In this document: positions 37,961 through 50,956 of the stretch, piece after piece | Numbering within the stretch: the stretch's first letter is position 1 | Layout: each line of letters starts with the position of its first letter | DNA from: Harriotta raleighana | Lineage: Eukaryota | Reading direction: 5' to 3' | Assembly: GCA_050575255.1 (NCBI GenBank) | Contig: JBNZDD010013730.1 | Span: 5,696,015-5,760,014 of the forward strand | DNA length: 64,000 nucleotides | Translations under genes and position numbers: made by a program | The notes under the pieces: generated by a model | What the model was told of the DNA's origin: nothing | What the model saw: only the letters and a program-made list of their open reading frames with translations | Databases searched by the model: none

Positions 37961-39349
37961 AATATAATGTAATAATTTACACACAGACCATTTAATTTGG
38001 AAGGCTATTCGTTAGTCCCCTGGGTCACTATTTATAACTGGTGTTGAAGAGATTTTTCTATTGAGAAAGGTGAGCAGGCTTTGACTTTCTATCTTTAAAC
38101 TACAAATTGGACTATTTCCAATAATTGAATGATTTGAATGGACTGGAAACTTTAACTGCAGATGTTTACAGACTGGATTATATAAAGGCTTCCTGCATAT
38201 TGCGCTAAAAGACTTCAGTTATTTCAACAATCTATCAGTCTTTTATTAGCTACAACAGTACGAAAGTGTTTGGGCTGCAGAAAATCTTCTAAAGCAGCTG
38301 GAGACACAACAACAACTAAAGGAATAACAGTAGTAACTATACTTCTCTGTCAATTCCTGATAAGACAACACTCCTGAAAAGAGGACAGTAGTTGGTGGCA
38401 AACAGGTGTGTCACATAATATGAATTTATAATGTATAATTTCACACTCAAAGACACACAAGTATTTTCCCAGTTGCTGTTCATCCCTGATAATCCGATGC
38501 AGCATTTTTATTGGGAAACAGTTTCCTGAAGTGGTTCAGGAATACCAGATGCTTCTCTTGCTGCTGCATAACCCAGCCTGTTTATATTTGGGTTGCATAT
38601 TTAAACCGGGGTCCTGTTTCTCTTTTAAAAGTCATGGACAGTCGCAGTTGTGAAGGAACGGGTATTGTCCATTTCACCCATGAATCATGTACCAGGCTCT
38701 TCCTTTCATCCCGTCCCCGTCTCATATAAAATGTGCCCCGCATGTATTTGAAGCATTCCCACATCAGATCTCGCGTGTGACTTCGGTATAGAGTGAAGAT
38801 TGCTGTGGTGTGGCACGGCATGCACTTTAATGTCGGATTTGATACTTCGATGGCTGAGGGAAACCTGCACAAATCAGCGCTATTTTCTGTCCCAGTCAAG
38901 GAGCGTAGACAACTGCCGGCCCTCGTGGATATACCGTCGGGTTCATATTGGTAAAGGGCATTTTTCCTTGTGCTTGAAGGAAAACCTCTGCTGAAGGTTT
39001 GTGTGAAAAACATCTACATTGAGTGTCTGTGCTGCCTACAGTGGCAGTACACTCCAGAGTATGCTGCTGGTGGCAAACCACTAACATAAATGCACCCGAA
39101 GGGACTTTACCTTCTTTGTCCTGCTGTGCTTCATTAATGACCCATCACAAAAACATCAGAATATGTTAACAGCTGATTCACAAAGGTGTGGAAAGCTAAT
39201 GCATCTTACTTGAATAGCACTGCACTGGAGCTGTTTCTCAAGGTAATTTGGGAACGCTGGGCTCAATCTACATGTTAAGTGCCACTCCCCCCAGGCCTAA
39301 CCAGAGGCAAAACAAAAAAACTGGGGTATTTGAAGACGCTGGCAGCTGA

Positions 39350-40200
39350 ACCAAATTTACCGTTGGACGTTTCCTCTGCTTTCGCCGGCAGAAATCTCCC
39401 GTTCCTGGTGGCTGCAAGGCCAGAATTAACCAGAGACATTCATCACAATGTTCACGTGAACACACTTGGCCTTTGCCCAACTTGTCGTTAACTGTTGACA
39501 ATAACTGTTGTTATTTAGGGAACAGAACCAGAAAAGGTTGCATTTTTGCAGGGCTTGTTATTTTTGTAGTGTCTCATCAGGTTAAAACAGCTTAAGGAAA
39601 TTGCAGCATTTACACCAGTGCGTAGACAGCTTTTTATATCCCAATGAGGCACCCATTTTATCCAGAGCATTATCTCACAATCACCCACAAGGTAAAAGGG
39701 AAGAGCAAAGTCATTCCTGCAAAATTAGGCTCCCAGTCACTGAGAGGCTCTTTGAGATGTCCTTCTGATGCGAAAGAGTGACATAAATGTTAAGTTGTTA
39801 TTGTTGATATTGAAACGCAGCTCTGCATTTCACTAGCCACGTTCGTCTGCAACCTGCACAGTCACTGCAGTATTACAATCTACACACAGTAAAGCGCCCA
39901 CCCGAGGTGAATGGCGTGATCTGAAATGCCAGGATTATTCTTATTATAATTTACGTAAAGTCTAAGAGGATGACGTTTCCGCTCAAGCACGGGACGAGAT
40001 CAGCCAGACGCACGTGATGTTATGGATTTCTTCTGAAAGACACACACGTGCCAATCAGTGCACTGAACTGAACCTGGGAAATTTAAAAATATCAGTGGCG
40101 GGCTGCACAAAGGGCAATCTCCACAGTTCAACCGCCCCATTCAGCGTATCTCTCCAGGAGGCACAGCGCTGAATGCTCGCTGGTTGTTCGCTTAGTTAAA
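39350..40200. promoter_or_regulatory. CpG-enriched, motif-dense candidate promoter/enhancer
   Basis: TGTTCACGTGAACA (39449-62), TTACGTAA (39951-58), TGACGT (39971-76), CACGTG (40011-16, 40045-50), CCAAT (40051-55); CpG visibly more frequent than in the flanks. Confidence 0.4.
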
Positions 40201-40699
40201 GTGAAATGCTGGCACGTCTTGTGTTTTATGGGTTGCTTCATTCAAACCACATGGTTTAATCGGAGCTGCAAAACTTCAGATCAATTACTGAGAAGGGAGA
40301 GATAAATCCTCCCATAACAGGAATGCTTTGAACAACCACGGTTAGCGAGAGTGTATAAGTGCCACTGATGCCAGTGACTTCCTATGGCGATAGCAATTCA
40401 GGACTCATGAGGCAACACAGTCGTCTGCAAAGACTGGAACATATTCATCTTCTGCCAGTGAATGGGACATCAAACATAAATGATGCAGCCTGTGAATGCA
40501 CTGAATCCCAGGTTCTCTGGCTGCAGAGGGACTCGACTGCAGGCTGAACTCCACAGGCCACCAATACAGTTTGGACATTACCCTCTTGAACTATTCCTGT
40601 GATTAGCGGCCGCTCTCACCCAGAAAACTGAAGTGCTGATCTGTAGGTTGGAAACCTACTACACCTTTTAAAGAGGCAGCTTGAATATTAGCTATAAAA

Positions 40700-40890
40700 T
40701 GTTGCATCGCAGTTTCAGAGGCCATTTGACCCATCGCGTCTGGTGTTTTTTCTCCATATGAGTCTAATTCCATTTCCGTTTGCTTTCCATACTCATTACT
40801 CCTTGTTAAATGAATTTACAGTCTCTGCAACAAGCCATGTTCCTTGCATAGAAGGCTAAAACCCACAGATCTTCTGTGCTAGAGTTTCAA
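40700..40890 (-). mobile_element. CR1 3' end remnant
   Basis: GAGGCCATTTGACCCATCGCGTCTG...GTCTAATTCCATTTCC is the reverse complement of the CR1 tail at position 1; a similar remnant lies at about 44965-45070. Confidence 0.6.
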
Positions 40891-41094
40891 ACAGTTTGAA
40901 CATACAGTTTGAATTCAGCTTCTTGAATAGGCAAGTTTTGGCATCAGAATGGAAACCACAGAAAAACATAAGATCACCACTTCGAATATCAATCCAAAAA
41001 TACGACACAGCCTGACAACACACTACTACATAAAACACCCCATAGCTACACTCACTATTTCTCTAAAACCAACAAACAACTTACCATAGAGTTT

Positions 41095-41155
41095 GATACA
41101 ACACAAACAAAATTATATTTGTACACCACCTTTCACATCTGGAGGACGTCCCATA
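41095..41155 (-). mobile_element. L2 3' tail
   Basis: AACAAAATTATATTTGTACACCACCTTTCACATCTGGAGGACGTCCCA. Confidence 0.7.
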
Positions 41156-42185
41156 CACACAGATACCTAGTGAAACTATCCCTTGTTGAATTCATCAAGA
41201 AAAATATTGCTTTGACCAAGTTCATCAGTTGAAAATAAATTAACTATTCGTGGACCGGAATTATCCCTCAATTTTAGAAACCCTTTCAGTGAAGTAAAAT
41301 TGCTTTTAGTGTAGGAACAGTGAAGACTCACAGTATTAACAAAGAATGTTGGCTAAATGTAGTAGTGTGATGGAATGTCTTGACGACTTGCTCCCACAGA
41401 AACAGTATCGGATATCTGCTCCGTAAACCTGGGCTCCGACAAGCAACCCACATGGCAACCCTGGCGGTATTTCATTCAGGAGTCCATTATGACAAGCGTT
41501 TGTCTCTGACAAAGGGAAACAGAAAGAAATTCAAGCTGACAAATTAGGCTCGAAATCAGTTTCATTTACATAACGGCTGGAAGTTCATTAATAACAGAGT
41601 TTTAATTATTCATGGTCTTGTTTCACTAGATGCAGCAGTTTTTCGCCCCGCTGTGCTGGATGTCTGGATTAGCAAAACATGAACCGTGGCAAAGTAATAG
41701 AGCTCCGGATTTGTCCTGGTCATGTCTTCTGTGTCCAGGCATGCCTCACCATGGAAGCTTCCAGGTACATTTAGTATTCCTTGACTAGCAGATTAAAAAT
41801 GTCACATAAATGTTCCACTGCCAATTAGCCCTATAGTGTTTCTGTAAGCGTTGAATTTTTGATGTGATCAATGGCAGCACGTGGAGACATGTACTGCAGA
41901 ACAGTTATTAAGACATAAAAATCAATAGAAAATGATACTTCGAACTCTCTATTTCTAGAATATTGCACTGCCTGCCTCTACCATTGGCCCTAGCTCAGGC
42001 TAGTGAGAGATCAATATTTCGGGAACAAAACACACACAAATCCTTGCACTTCTGCAAACTGCGAGAATCACACAAACAGCCTTCAATTTCGGATGCATCT
42101 TGCATGACGCAAAACAGTTTAGGCAGGCGCATGTGCAGTGCATTTGTAAGACACGACTTTAATGAAGTGAAAACACAACGAGCTG

Positions 42186-42385
42186 TAAACAACAACAACG
42201 ACTTTGATTTATATAGCGCCCTCCACGCCGGACGGGGTCTCAGAAAAGCGGATCCCAAGACCGAGCCAGGGGCAGGGGTAGAAAGGTGCCAAAGGAGCGG
42301 TCAAAGTCGTTGTTGTTGCTTACAGCTTTCTTTAGCTGGGACCTGAAACTGCAAAAAGAGGGGGCGAGGTGGAGGGAGTGAGGAA
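42186..42385 (-). mobile_element. L2 3' end (second subfamily)
   Basis: AACAACAACAACGACTTTGATTTATATAGCGCCCTCCACGCCGGACGGGGTCTCAGA; minus-strand peptide LPHSLHLAPSFCSFRSQLKK. Confidence 0.8.
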
Positions 42386-45300
42386 GGATGAAATTGGAAT
42401 GCTCGACTTTGTACTTTGCAGCAGAATTATAGTCAGTATATAAAAAAAAAAGGCTAAACTGATTCACTTGTGTTTGTTAATGATTAATTCAATTGTCTTC
42501 CTTTGGCTTGTTTATTTCAGAAAAGAAAATTGACGAATTTACGCTTAGTGAATTCAGCGCCTTGGGACATCCACCTGACGTTGCTGTTGTTGCTGTAGTG
42601 AGACAAAATAGTTTCCCAGCAGTACAGTTGCAAACATGTGTCTATTTTCTCTTCACTGGTGAGATTACATTCCCCTCCCCTCACACTTCAGTGGTGAGAA
42701 CATTTCCACTTTCTCCAGCATTGGAAGATCCTACCTGAAGTGATCTAATGGCAAGTATGGATCGTTTATTCTTTGACTTGACTGCTCAATGCGAAAACAA
42801 ATTGGGATTGTCTACATGAGGAAGGGTTGGTGGTGGTCTCCGTTCGATCATTAACATGACAGCAATGGGAATGTTGCTCCTTTCCCTACTAATGAACTAA
42901 GTGGGTTGGGATGCATGGTGTGAGTGTCCCTGTGTGCAAGGTCAAAATCACTTCTGTGGTTTCAAAATGTTATGGGGAGAAAAGGTTGAAAAATGTAGAA
43001 CAGCTCAAACCCTTCTGCGTTTTGGCTCAATTGCATAAAGGAAGAGTAAGCCTGATTCAGGCTTCATTCTTTTATGATACGGGTATCCTGCCAAAGTCCG
43101 AGATCAGCTCATTTTACTACATAAAGGAGTTGCAGAACTATATCCGATTGGAAATGGCTCTGGTGCTACTCCCAACAGAAGCGAGTCCAGATTACAAATT
43201 GGTAGTGCATCTGCTTTGATAGAGACAATCCAGTTGAGCACAAAAACAAATCGATTATTTGCCAGCTTTATGGCAAATAGCCTTAATGTAGGATTAGAAA
43301 ACAAGCCCCCTTTCACCCTTTAATGGGAAATATCTCACAACTTCCTCAGTTATTATTCCAAGCACTTATAACAAGCACTTCCTGATAACAAATACAATGT
43401 TAATTCCCAAAGCTTTAGCTCCTTATAATAAAGAGTCCCAGATTCATTTTACAGTTTTAATGACTCCTGGTCACTATGCACGAAATGGGCATAACACCTT
43501 TCACCCTGACAGTGTTGTAATGTAATTTAAATAACTCTTCAATATTTAAGGGCAAACTCTTTCTTCCCGACAGACAGAATGAATTCACAGGGTCACCTCA
43601 GCACCAATTTAGGGCTCATCAAAAGTTACATTTACAGAAATTCCTAATTAGCCGTCGGGCTTCTCAAAACAGTTAATTAAGCAGAAATGAATTTTTATGG
43701 CTCCTTGAAATGAAAGATACAGAGGAAGTATTTGCGTCAGGACAATTGGGAGGTGTGGCCTGGGAATAGCTGCAAAGTTCTTCCACATTTTATTTGTAAA
43801 TTGCAACTTTAATCAGCCTGCTCCAAATACAGCAGAGAATTTGCCTTTTCGGAGGAGAGCCCAAGTGCAAACACTGCGGAGATTTTGCCCATTTAATGTG
43901 TTTTGGGAAACCCAAGTTTCCTTTCCGTAAAAACAGCTGATTTAGGGCTGCTTCACCACTTGCACAGGGTTTTTCACTGACAAAATCTAGTTGCGAAATT
44001 TCACATCAACAGATGAGGGAAATTAAAACCCAGTCACCGGACAACAGGGGGAAGGAGAAAATCACACTAAATGTTCCCAAAGCAACTCAAAGTTCTAATC
44101 CTCACCAAATATAATGGCCAAGTTGAACAAGTCAAATGATTTAACGTTCTGTTGACAGTCACTTTTGTTTTTAATTAGGTGACTATGCACTAAGCCATTG
44201 AATGCAGCTTCTCTTTGTCGTGCTCTGTGTGGAAATTTTAAATATTGCCTCAGCAAGCTTGTCATTTTTTGAAAAGGTGTCTCTTAGCCTAATGGAAATA
44301 TCTGCAGAGAGCAGACCTTGAACACACACCCGAGTTTGAGACCTTCATATTTACAGAGCATGAAGGAGCCATTTATTGAATGATGCGCATACTCTGTTTT
44401 CAGGATTCACTCTTCAATGTGTTTGTAAGAATAGGGAGAAGCCTCTCTATTTGTTGTTTCTTCTCTGTTAGTCTCTTCCTCCAGCCGTTCCACCATTCCT
44501 TAACTAAGAGGGTGACAAATGTCCTGTTGTCAATAAGGTTCTGTAACTGGTTGCTATAAGGCATGCGGGCATGTCTTAAGTTGATTTGTGCTGCAAACGC
44601 TCGTTTCCATATCCAACAATCTGTGGCATATTGATACACCAATACCATATCCAAACAGCTAGCTGAACCTTTTTTTTGCGAATGCATAACAGATTGATGA
44701 GCTACAGTGTAGAAAATACAAGATCTTNATATTGATACACCAATACCATATCCAAACAGCTAGCTGAACCTTTTTTTTTGTGAATGCATAACAGATTGAT
44801 GAGCTACAGTGTAGAAAATACAAGATCTTCTGTAAGTGCATGTGAAACTTGAAAGAGGAGGGTTTTTTTAAAAAAAAAGCAGACCAGTTAGGCAATTCAC
44901 AAGCATGGTAATGTTTATTCAGAGAGAAGAAGAAAAAAATAACCCTTTGGAGGAAACGGCAGAGAATGTTTTATGGCACGGAAAGTCAGTTGGCCCATTA
45001 GGTTTAGCCATTAGGTTTCCAGTCTAATCCCATTTCCCTCTCCTTTGATATTATTTTCCCTCAAGCATTTAACAAAATCAAGGAGGGGAGGATGCAACAT
45101 GTGATGTAATATTTAGCACATCAAACACCGCATTTTACCCCCCATCGATATTTGTACTTTGAGACTTAATTCTGCAATTTCTCTTCGCTGATCTATTCTA
45201 TCCCACAATCAATGTCAGAATGTGCACTTTGTACTGGGGCCACACCAGTGCAGATCCCAGTTCTGTACCAATTAAACTAGCACCAAATGTGCACCCTCTC

Positions 45301-46734
45301 ATGTACAAAGCTCATTTGTTGCTTGACTGAATTTATGTTGATTCTGCAGGTCCATGAGGAGTTATCCAGTAATGCTTCTCCTTAATCATGTTCTAGTCAC
45401 AAGCCTGTACAGAGAAAACAAATCTTTATCAGGGCCGGGTGGCTGGTGCAGATCAACGAATCACTGAATGGAATGTTCCCCATTCACCGAGTCTAATCGA
45501 ATGTAATCACTCTCTCCTTCACATAATGTACCTTTCCACAAAAATATGATTTTTCTGATTGACGCCAACCTTTTATTTTAACCTCTGCTCTGTATTTGTC
45601 TCTTGGCTCCACATCACAGATGTCAATGTTTCAGAAAAGCATTACTTTCAGACATTTCACTGCGCCCAAGGCTCCAAGAAAGCAAAATACAAAAGCAACA
45701 AAGATTGCTTCTACACGCAAGAAACCTGGCTATTCACCGTATCACGTAGAAGCACACAGATAGCTTACAGCATTGGAGCATTAAAATCAGCATCAAAGTA
45801 TTCCTCCTGAATCATTTCTAATTCCGATACCAGCCATCACTATGGCCTTTCAGAGAGAGGCTGCCAATTAGTGACACAGGGCTGCGAGCAACTAGCCTGG
45901 TTGAACTCAAAAGTCCTACAAGTGAAACAATGCTGTAATCCACCGAGTTGATGTCCCCTTTTCAAATTGTCCCTCGTCAGAAATGTAGATCAGTTAGCTG
46001 CAGTGCAGAAGTTGGCAGCTGCATCAGTTGCAATGGACTCCTATTGTGCTGTAATGTTAATTTCTATGATTCTATGCATTAATGAGACAAAATCCGAATT
46101 AACCTTTTTTTTAACAAAAACAAAACACAAACGTACTGTGTACACAATCTCACTGGAAGAGATAGTGCAACTAGTTGTCTCTCAATGCAACTAGTTGTCC
46201 AATAATTAGCACACATCCCCCATCCCCACCACTGCAACCTCAGAGCTCAAAAGCTGATCTCCCTGGAGATTTTAGAGTTCAAGTGATCTATAAAAAACTG
46301 TGAAGTAATTGCACAATGTGACACTTGAAGAGGAATCTCCTGTTTTGTTTCCTGCGCTCTCACTAGGGTGGCTAGCTTGAAAATACTGATTGCCTGACAA
46401 CTTTGAGCTTCTCGTGGAAAAAAACACACACTGGGAAGCCATGCTGACAGCTGCTTTCTACATGCACCTTCCCAGAAGTCGGCCTCACAAGTCCAGTAAT
46501 ATAACTAGACAATTGGTCTTTGTTTACATTTTTGTCGGATATTTCACCGGATTTACCCTTGTCATTGTAAAATCTGCGTTAATCCAGGCCGTCAGTCTTA
46601 CTCATTCAGCCCTCCCACTCTCTGCTGGTCTTCACTGGACAGTCTTGTCATTTTATGGAAAAAAACAAAACCTGGAATTGGGGAACTTTGCTCTCGGATA
46701 TAAGCTCTACTGGAGGATCGGGAGTGCCTTAAGA

Positions 46735-46803
46735 CACCAACTACAACCACAACTTGCACTTATATAGTGCCCTCTATGCAGGGTAGCGTCTCAGAGCACT
46801 TGA
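46735..46803 (-). mobile_element. L2 3' tail
   Basis: ACAACCACAACTTGCACTTATATAGTGCCCTCTATGCAGGGTAGCGTCTCAGAGCACTT. Confidence 0.7.
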
Positions 46804-48739
46804 CCTACGTCCCAGAAAGTTTTCCTCTTAAAATAAAGGGGGGGGAATCGGAGAAGCTCTTTCCACGAGCGTCTTCACAGAATTTTTTTTAAAAAGCCTC
46901 ATAAATTGCAGCACAGATGTGCACTTCATGTAGAGTAGCAATATCCATATTGAACATTATTTTGGTTCCCCTTTTCAAGACGCTCCGAGCCGTATTGATT
47001 ACAATAAATCAACCACACTTGGCGCACCACAAATGTAGAAAATCATTACTGTGCAGGTGAATTTGAATTTCCTTTTTGAGTTGCATTTGGTGTCGTGCCT
47101 GCCATCCTCATTTGTTTGTTTCACTGAATGCCTTCAGCAGCCATAGTCAGGAGCTGCAGCTGTCAACAGCAAGGCTTGCAGCTGCTTGTAAAGACCCATG
47201 TCCTTTTTTGGATGCCGAGTTGTCACATGAGCACATGGCTGTCCTAGATTCCTTGAGGTCTGAGATGTTTGGTTGAGATTTTTACATGTGGTTTAGGCTC
47301 GCCCCTTCTGTCAGCGCTTTACAGTCTGCCTGGCCTGAGATTTAAAGACCAACACCGAAGCTCAGTGTTTACTCATCAGAAGACAGATGCCGTGGATCAG
47401 CCGGGCTTGTGTTCAGTGGTGGTTTTCTTCAGATGACAGTTTATGATATAGTATTTAACAGAGTTCATTTTTCACTGAACTGTGTAAAATGAACAAACTG
47501 GAACGGAGCCAAGTGATTAGATGGTGCTCTGTTGAGTAGCTTTGCTTTTTTGTCGTGCAGGATTTTAAATACAATTCTGTCCGAATTATGCAACAACTGA
47601 TCCTATTAAAACAGATGTGCTCCCTGATTTTTGTTGCGCACTAAAATATTTTCTTCTGAGGTTTCATTAACATTCCTTCAAATGTTTCGCAACAGCCTAC
47701 CAGTCTGAAGAGTGTAAATTACTTTTGACAGTCAGAGATTGAACAGGTTTACCTGAGGAACATGTGTATTCAGTCTCAGCTATCATGTGGATTTAAAGAG
47801 GATGGTAATTGTGCTTTCAATGTTCAGTAGGTCCTTCGTTTATGTGCCCCACAGCCTTAGTTTAAAGAAACATTTCATCTAAGTTAATTAGTCCCCCATA
47901 GAACTTGGCTAGCTGACATTTCATTGCAGTGCAAGAGAAGGGAGGGTCAGACACAGGGTTCCTGACACAGCACACCTCCTTGTTCCCAATGAATACCAGT
48001 TACTCGGTGAACAGACTGTCTTGTTAGTTTCACACCCTTCCTTGTCAAGCTTTACCCCTGGTCCCAAATGATTTGTACAAAGGATAATTATACAGTTCAT
48101 AATGGTGGCAAGTGGAGACAATTCACAAGGATTTCCATTTCTGGCATGAGTTGAACACACATTTGCTTCCAATGTTAGGCAGCTGGTGCTCCTTAGCTCC
48201 GAGACCTTTGAAACAATATTGTTCAGGTCACCCTCCCTTTAAACTGGTGCATTGGGAAAGATTAAAGGAGTAGATTACTGCCGTTGCTATTAAGGGAATT
48301 TCCTGATATCTTTATGTAATAGGTGAAATGATTCTTTACGAGAGCCCAATTAATAACATTTCAAACGTTTGCAGCAGGACAAAAAGGAAGAATTTCAGGA
48401 GCAAGTCTTATTCTCGAAAAAAGGGCATCTTTCTCCCTCCCGCACTGCCACTGCCACTAGTCCTATTCTCCATTTCCTGCAGACTCTCTTCATTCAGTTG
48501 ACCACCATTCCATTAGTGGCCAAGCCTTCAGCAGCAATGCTCCTGCCTCTGCTATTTCATTTAAGTGACAATTCATCAAATGCAGTCCTAAAACTCTATG
48601 TGTGTGTGTGTATGTGTGTCGGCGNTAAGTGACAATTCATCAAATGCAGTCCTAAAACTCTATGTGTGTGTGTGTCAGCAGGCTATCTGTCCTTGGAGGC
48701 TATCGCATTGAGTATAGTCTTGTTCTCATTAATCGTCTC

Positions 48740-48875
48740 CACACCAAATTATAGCATTACAAACTTCTACCCAAACTGGGATCAGCAAAACTATCACAGA
48801 CCGAGAATTAAACCTGCGACATTCTGGTACGCATATCTTACTGCTATACGGGTGATGTCCTTCCTCACTAGGACA
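48740..48875 (-). mobile_element. AmnSINE2-like SINE 5' part
   Basis: CCAAATTATAGC...CTGGGATCAGCAAAACTATCACAGACCGAGAATTAAACCTGCGACATTCTGGT. Confidence 0.55.
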
Positions 48876-49706
48876 CTGGTGGAGTGCAAACCCTTGGGTT
48901 GAATAAAAAACAAAAGACATAGACAGATGGGTAAGTGGATAGTCTTGCCAAATCCCGATTCAAAGATAAATCTACTCTATAGAGTTTCATACAGAAACAT
49001 GTTGTTATTACTTCATGTAGCTGCTGAGCCATATGGATAGAAAAGCTGATTTGAGATTGGCAGAGCTCTCATAGATTGTCCCTTTAGGTCCAGGAAATGT
49101 TTAATGAAACAACCGATTAACTGTTTGAATATTGTTTGTATATAGGTGAATATTGTTTGTATATAGGTGAGCCAAATGGTTTATGTTGTAAAAATACGAA
49201 TGGTTGACCTTATAGTATAATCAGTCTAAAAATTACATTATTCCTTGCACATGAATGTACAATTAAATTGTTGCTCTAGATCCAGCCTGTCAAGCAATAT
49301 ATGGAAAAATCAATTTCTGGGATTCCTGGCATAATGAAACTGTTTTTAAAGCAAAGAATTTTGTATGAGGTCTTAAAGTGGACCCTTTAAAGCCTGATGT
49401 AAATCTAGTCTGTTATTAATTCTTGAGGATTTGCAATTTAGTTTACTAGGTAATAAACACACCTTTGGCAAGGCCAAATATGCACGTTTTGAAATAAAAG
49501 CCCAATAAAAACTGAACAGAGAAAAATTGAGAACTAGCAAATCTGCGCAAATCTGGAGACAAGTTACAGTAACAATATAATCAAATGCACAGTCCTACAT
49601 GAAAGCAGCCTTTCCCTTATAACTGTATTTTGTTGTCAATTTAACCATGTACAGGAGTGAATTTTCCTTGTACCTATTCTGAGAAGATGTTTAGTCCACA
49701 AAGGAA

Positions 49707-50015
49707 CTCAACAACAAGAAATTACATGTATAGCGTCTTTCACATTGGGAGAGCATATCAAGACGCTGGATAGTACGGGATTTAGAACCGAGTTGGAGGT
49801 CGGGATTGGGATCGGGGAGCTGGGTAGAGGACTGTGAGAGTACGAGCAGGAGGGTGCCCAAAATGGCAGTCGAAAAGAGAGGGTCTTGAGACGCGGGTAA
49901 GAAGGAGGCAAAGGAAGGAGCAAGACGAAGGGACTGCAGGATGGAGTTCCAAAGGATGGGGCAGAGAAGCTGAAGGACGTGGTGCAGGCCGGAGCCTGCT
50001 AGAGGAGGAAGTGGA
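49707..50015 (-). mobile_element. L2 3' end
   Basis: ORF 49691-50023 contains PILWNSILQSLRLAPSFASF; (CAA) tail at 49707. Confidence 0.85.
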
Positions 50016-50414
50016 CAGGTCAATATAGAGCATGGGTGATTACTTCATGTCGGAAGGATACCCCAAGTATCACTGTCCCAAACTTATACATTTGGAGACA
50101 GGACTGGCTACAACGATGAATTCCCTCGGTTTACACCCTTCAATTTGTATCCATTACTTCCATGGAGCCTCTTTATAAACAAAATTCATGCCCCGGACCA
50201 ACAGTTAGTGTTCCAGAGTTTACTGAAAGGTGCAGAGTAAGCAAAAGGGGACGCATTCTAGGTCAACAGGTTGTCACTATTACTTCTATTACAAATGCAC
50301 AATGCATAGGAAGTCATATCGACAGCAACCTGATGTTGTTGCAAACCAACCATTTTGGCTGCCCGTGTCAGCCGACATCTGATCCTTCTGAGCACAAGCG
50401 ATGAAGCAGCGATA

Positions 50415-50535
50415 ATATTAATAATAACAATCCTTGCCTGTGATATAGTGCCTTATCACATCTTCGAGATGTCTCAAAGCGCCTCACAGAATATACTGTA
50501 ACATGAATACACTATATATTATGTGGGCGATGGAG
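50415..50535 (-). mobile_element. SINE 3' tail, (ATT)n subfamily
   Basis: ATAATAACAATCCTTGCCTGTGATATAGTGCCTTATCACATCTTCGAGATGTCTCAAAGCGCCTCACAG. Confidence 0.7.
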
Positions 50536-50889
50536 CAGGTCCATGTGTACTGGATATTTTGAGTAAATGTATCAAGAAAACAAAAATTTGAATGAAGCAT
50601 TTTATAACAAGGCACCAGTGTATTTGAATGGAATGACAGAAGGCTACACAGGATTTCTGCAACATATTCAGTATTGCTTACTGTCTCTACAGTCAATTCT
50701 TCAGTGACTGAATCCCCTAGATGTTGGTATTGAGTTTCATATCATCAGGCTCCACACACTGAACATTTAACACTGTAATGATCTTGACCCCAGGAACATA
50801 GAGGTGATTGTCGAAAGTCTTGTCATATATCTGTATAGTTTTGATTTTTTTTTAAAAATTCAGTTGTATAGTTTTTCATTCATTCTGAG

Positions 50890-50956
50890 ATGAAGCGCTC
50901 TGAGATGCCGTCCGGCGTGGAGGATGCTATATAAATCCAAGTTGTTGTTGTTGTTG
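50890..50956 (+). mobile_element. L2 3' tail
   Basis: TGAAGCGCTCTGAGATGCCGTCCGGCGTGGAGGATGCTATATAAATCCAAGTTGTTGTTGTTGTTG. Confidence 0.75.

Noticed and set aside
38582-39013. 143-aa minus-strand ORF
   Set aside because: Not recognisable as a protein; higher local GC explains the lack of stops.
44628-44829. 100-bp direct duplication
   Set aside because: Junction at N (44728); the copies differ by a SNP and T-run length, consistent with two alleles placed in tandem.
48562-48680. Duplication including a (TG)n tract
   Set aside because: Junction at N (48625); probably allelic microsatellite variants.
49126-49170. 21-bp tandem duplication (similar small ones at about 23160, 25610, 46166, 52738, 56978)
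   Set aside because: Ordinary slippage micro-duplications with no spacers; not CRISPR-like.
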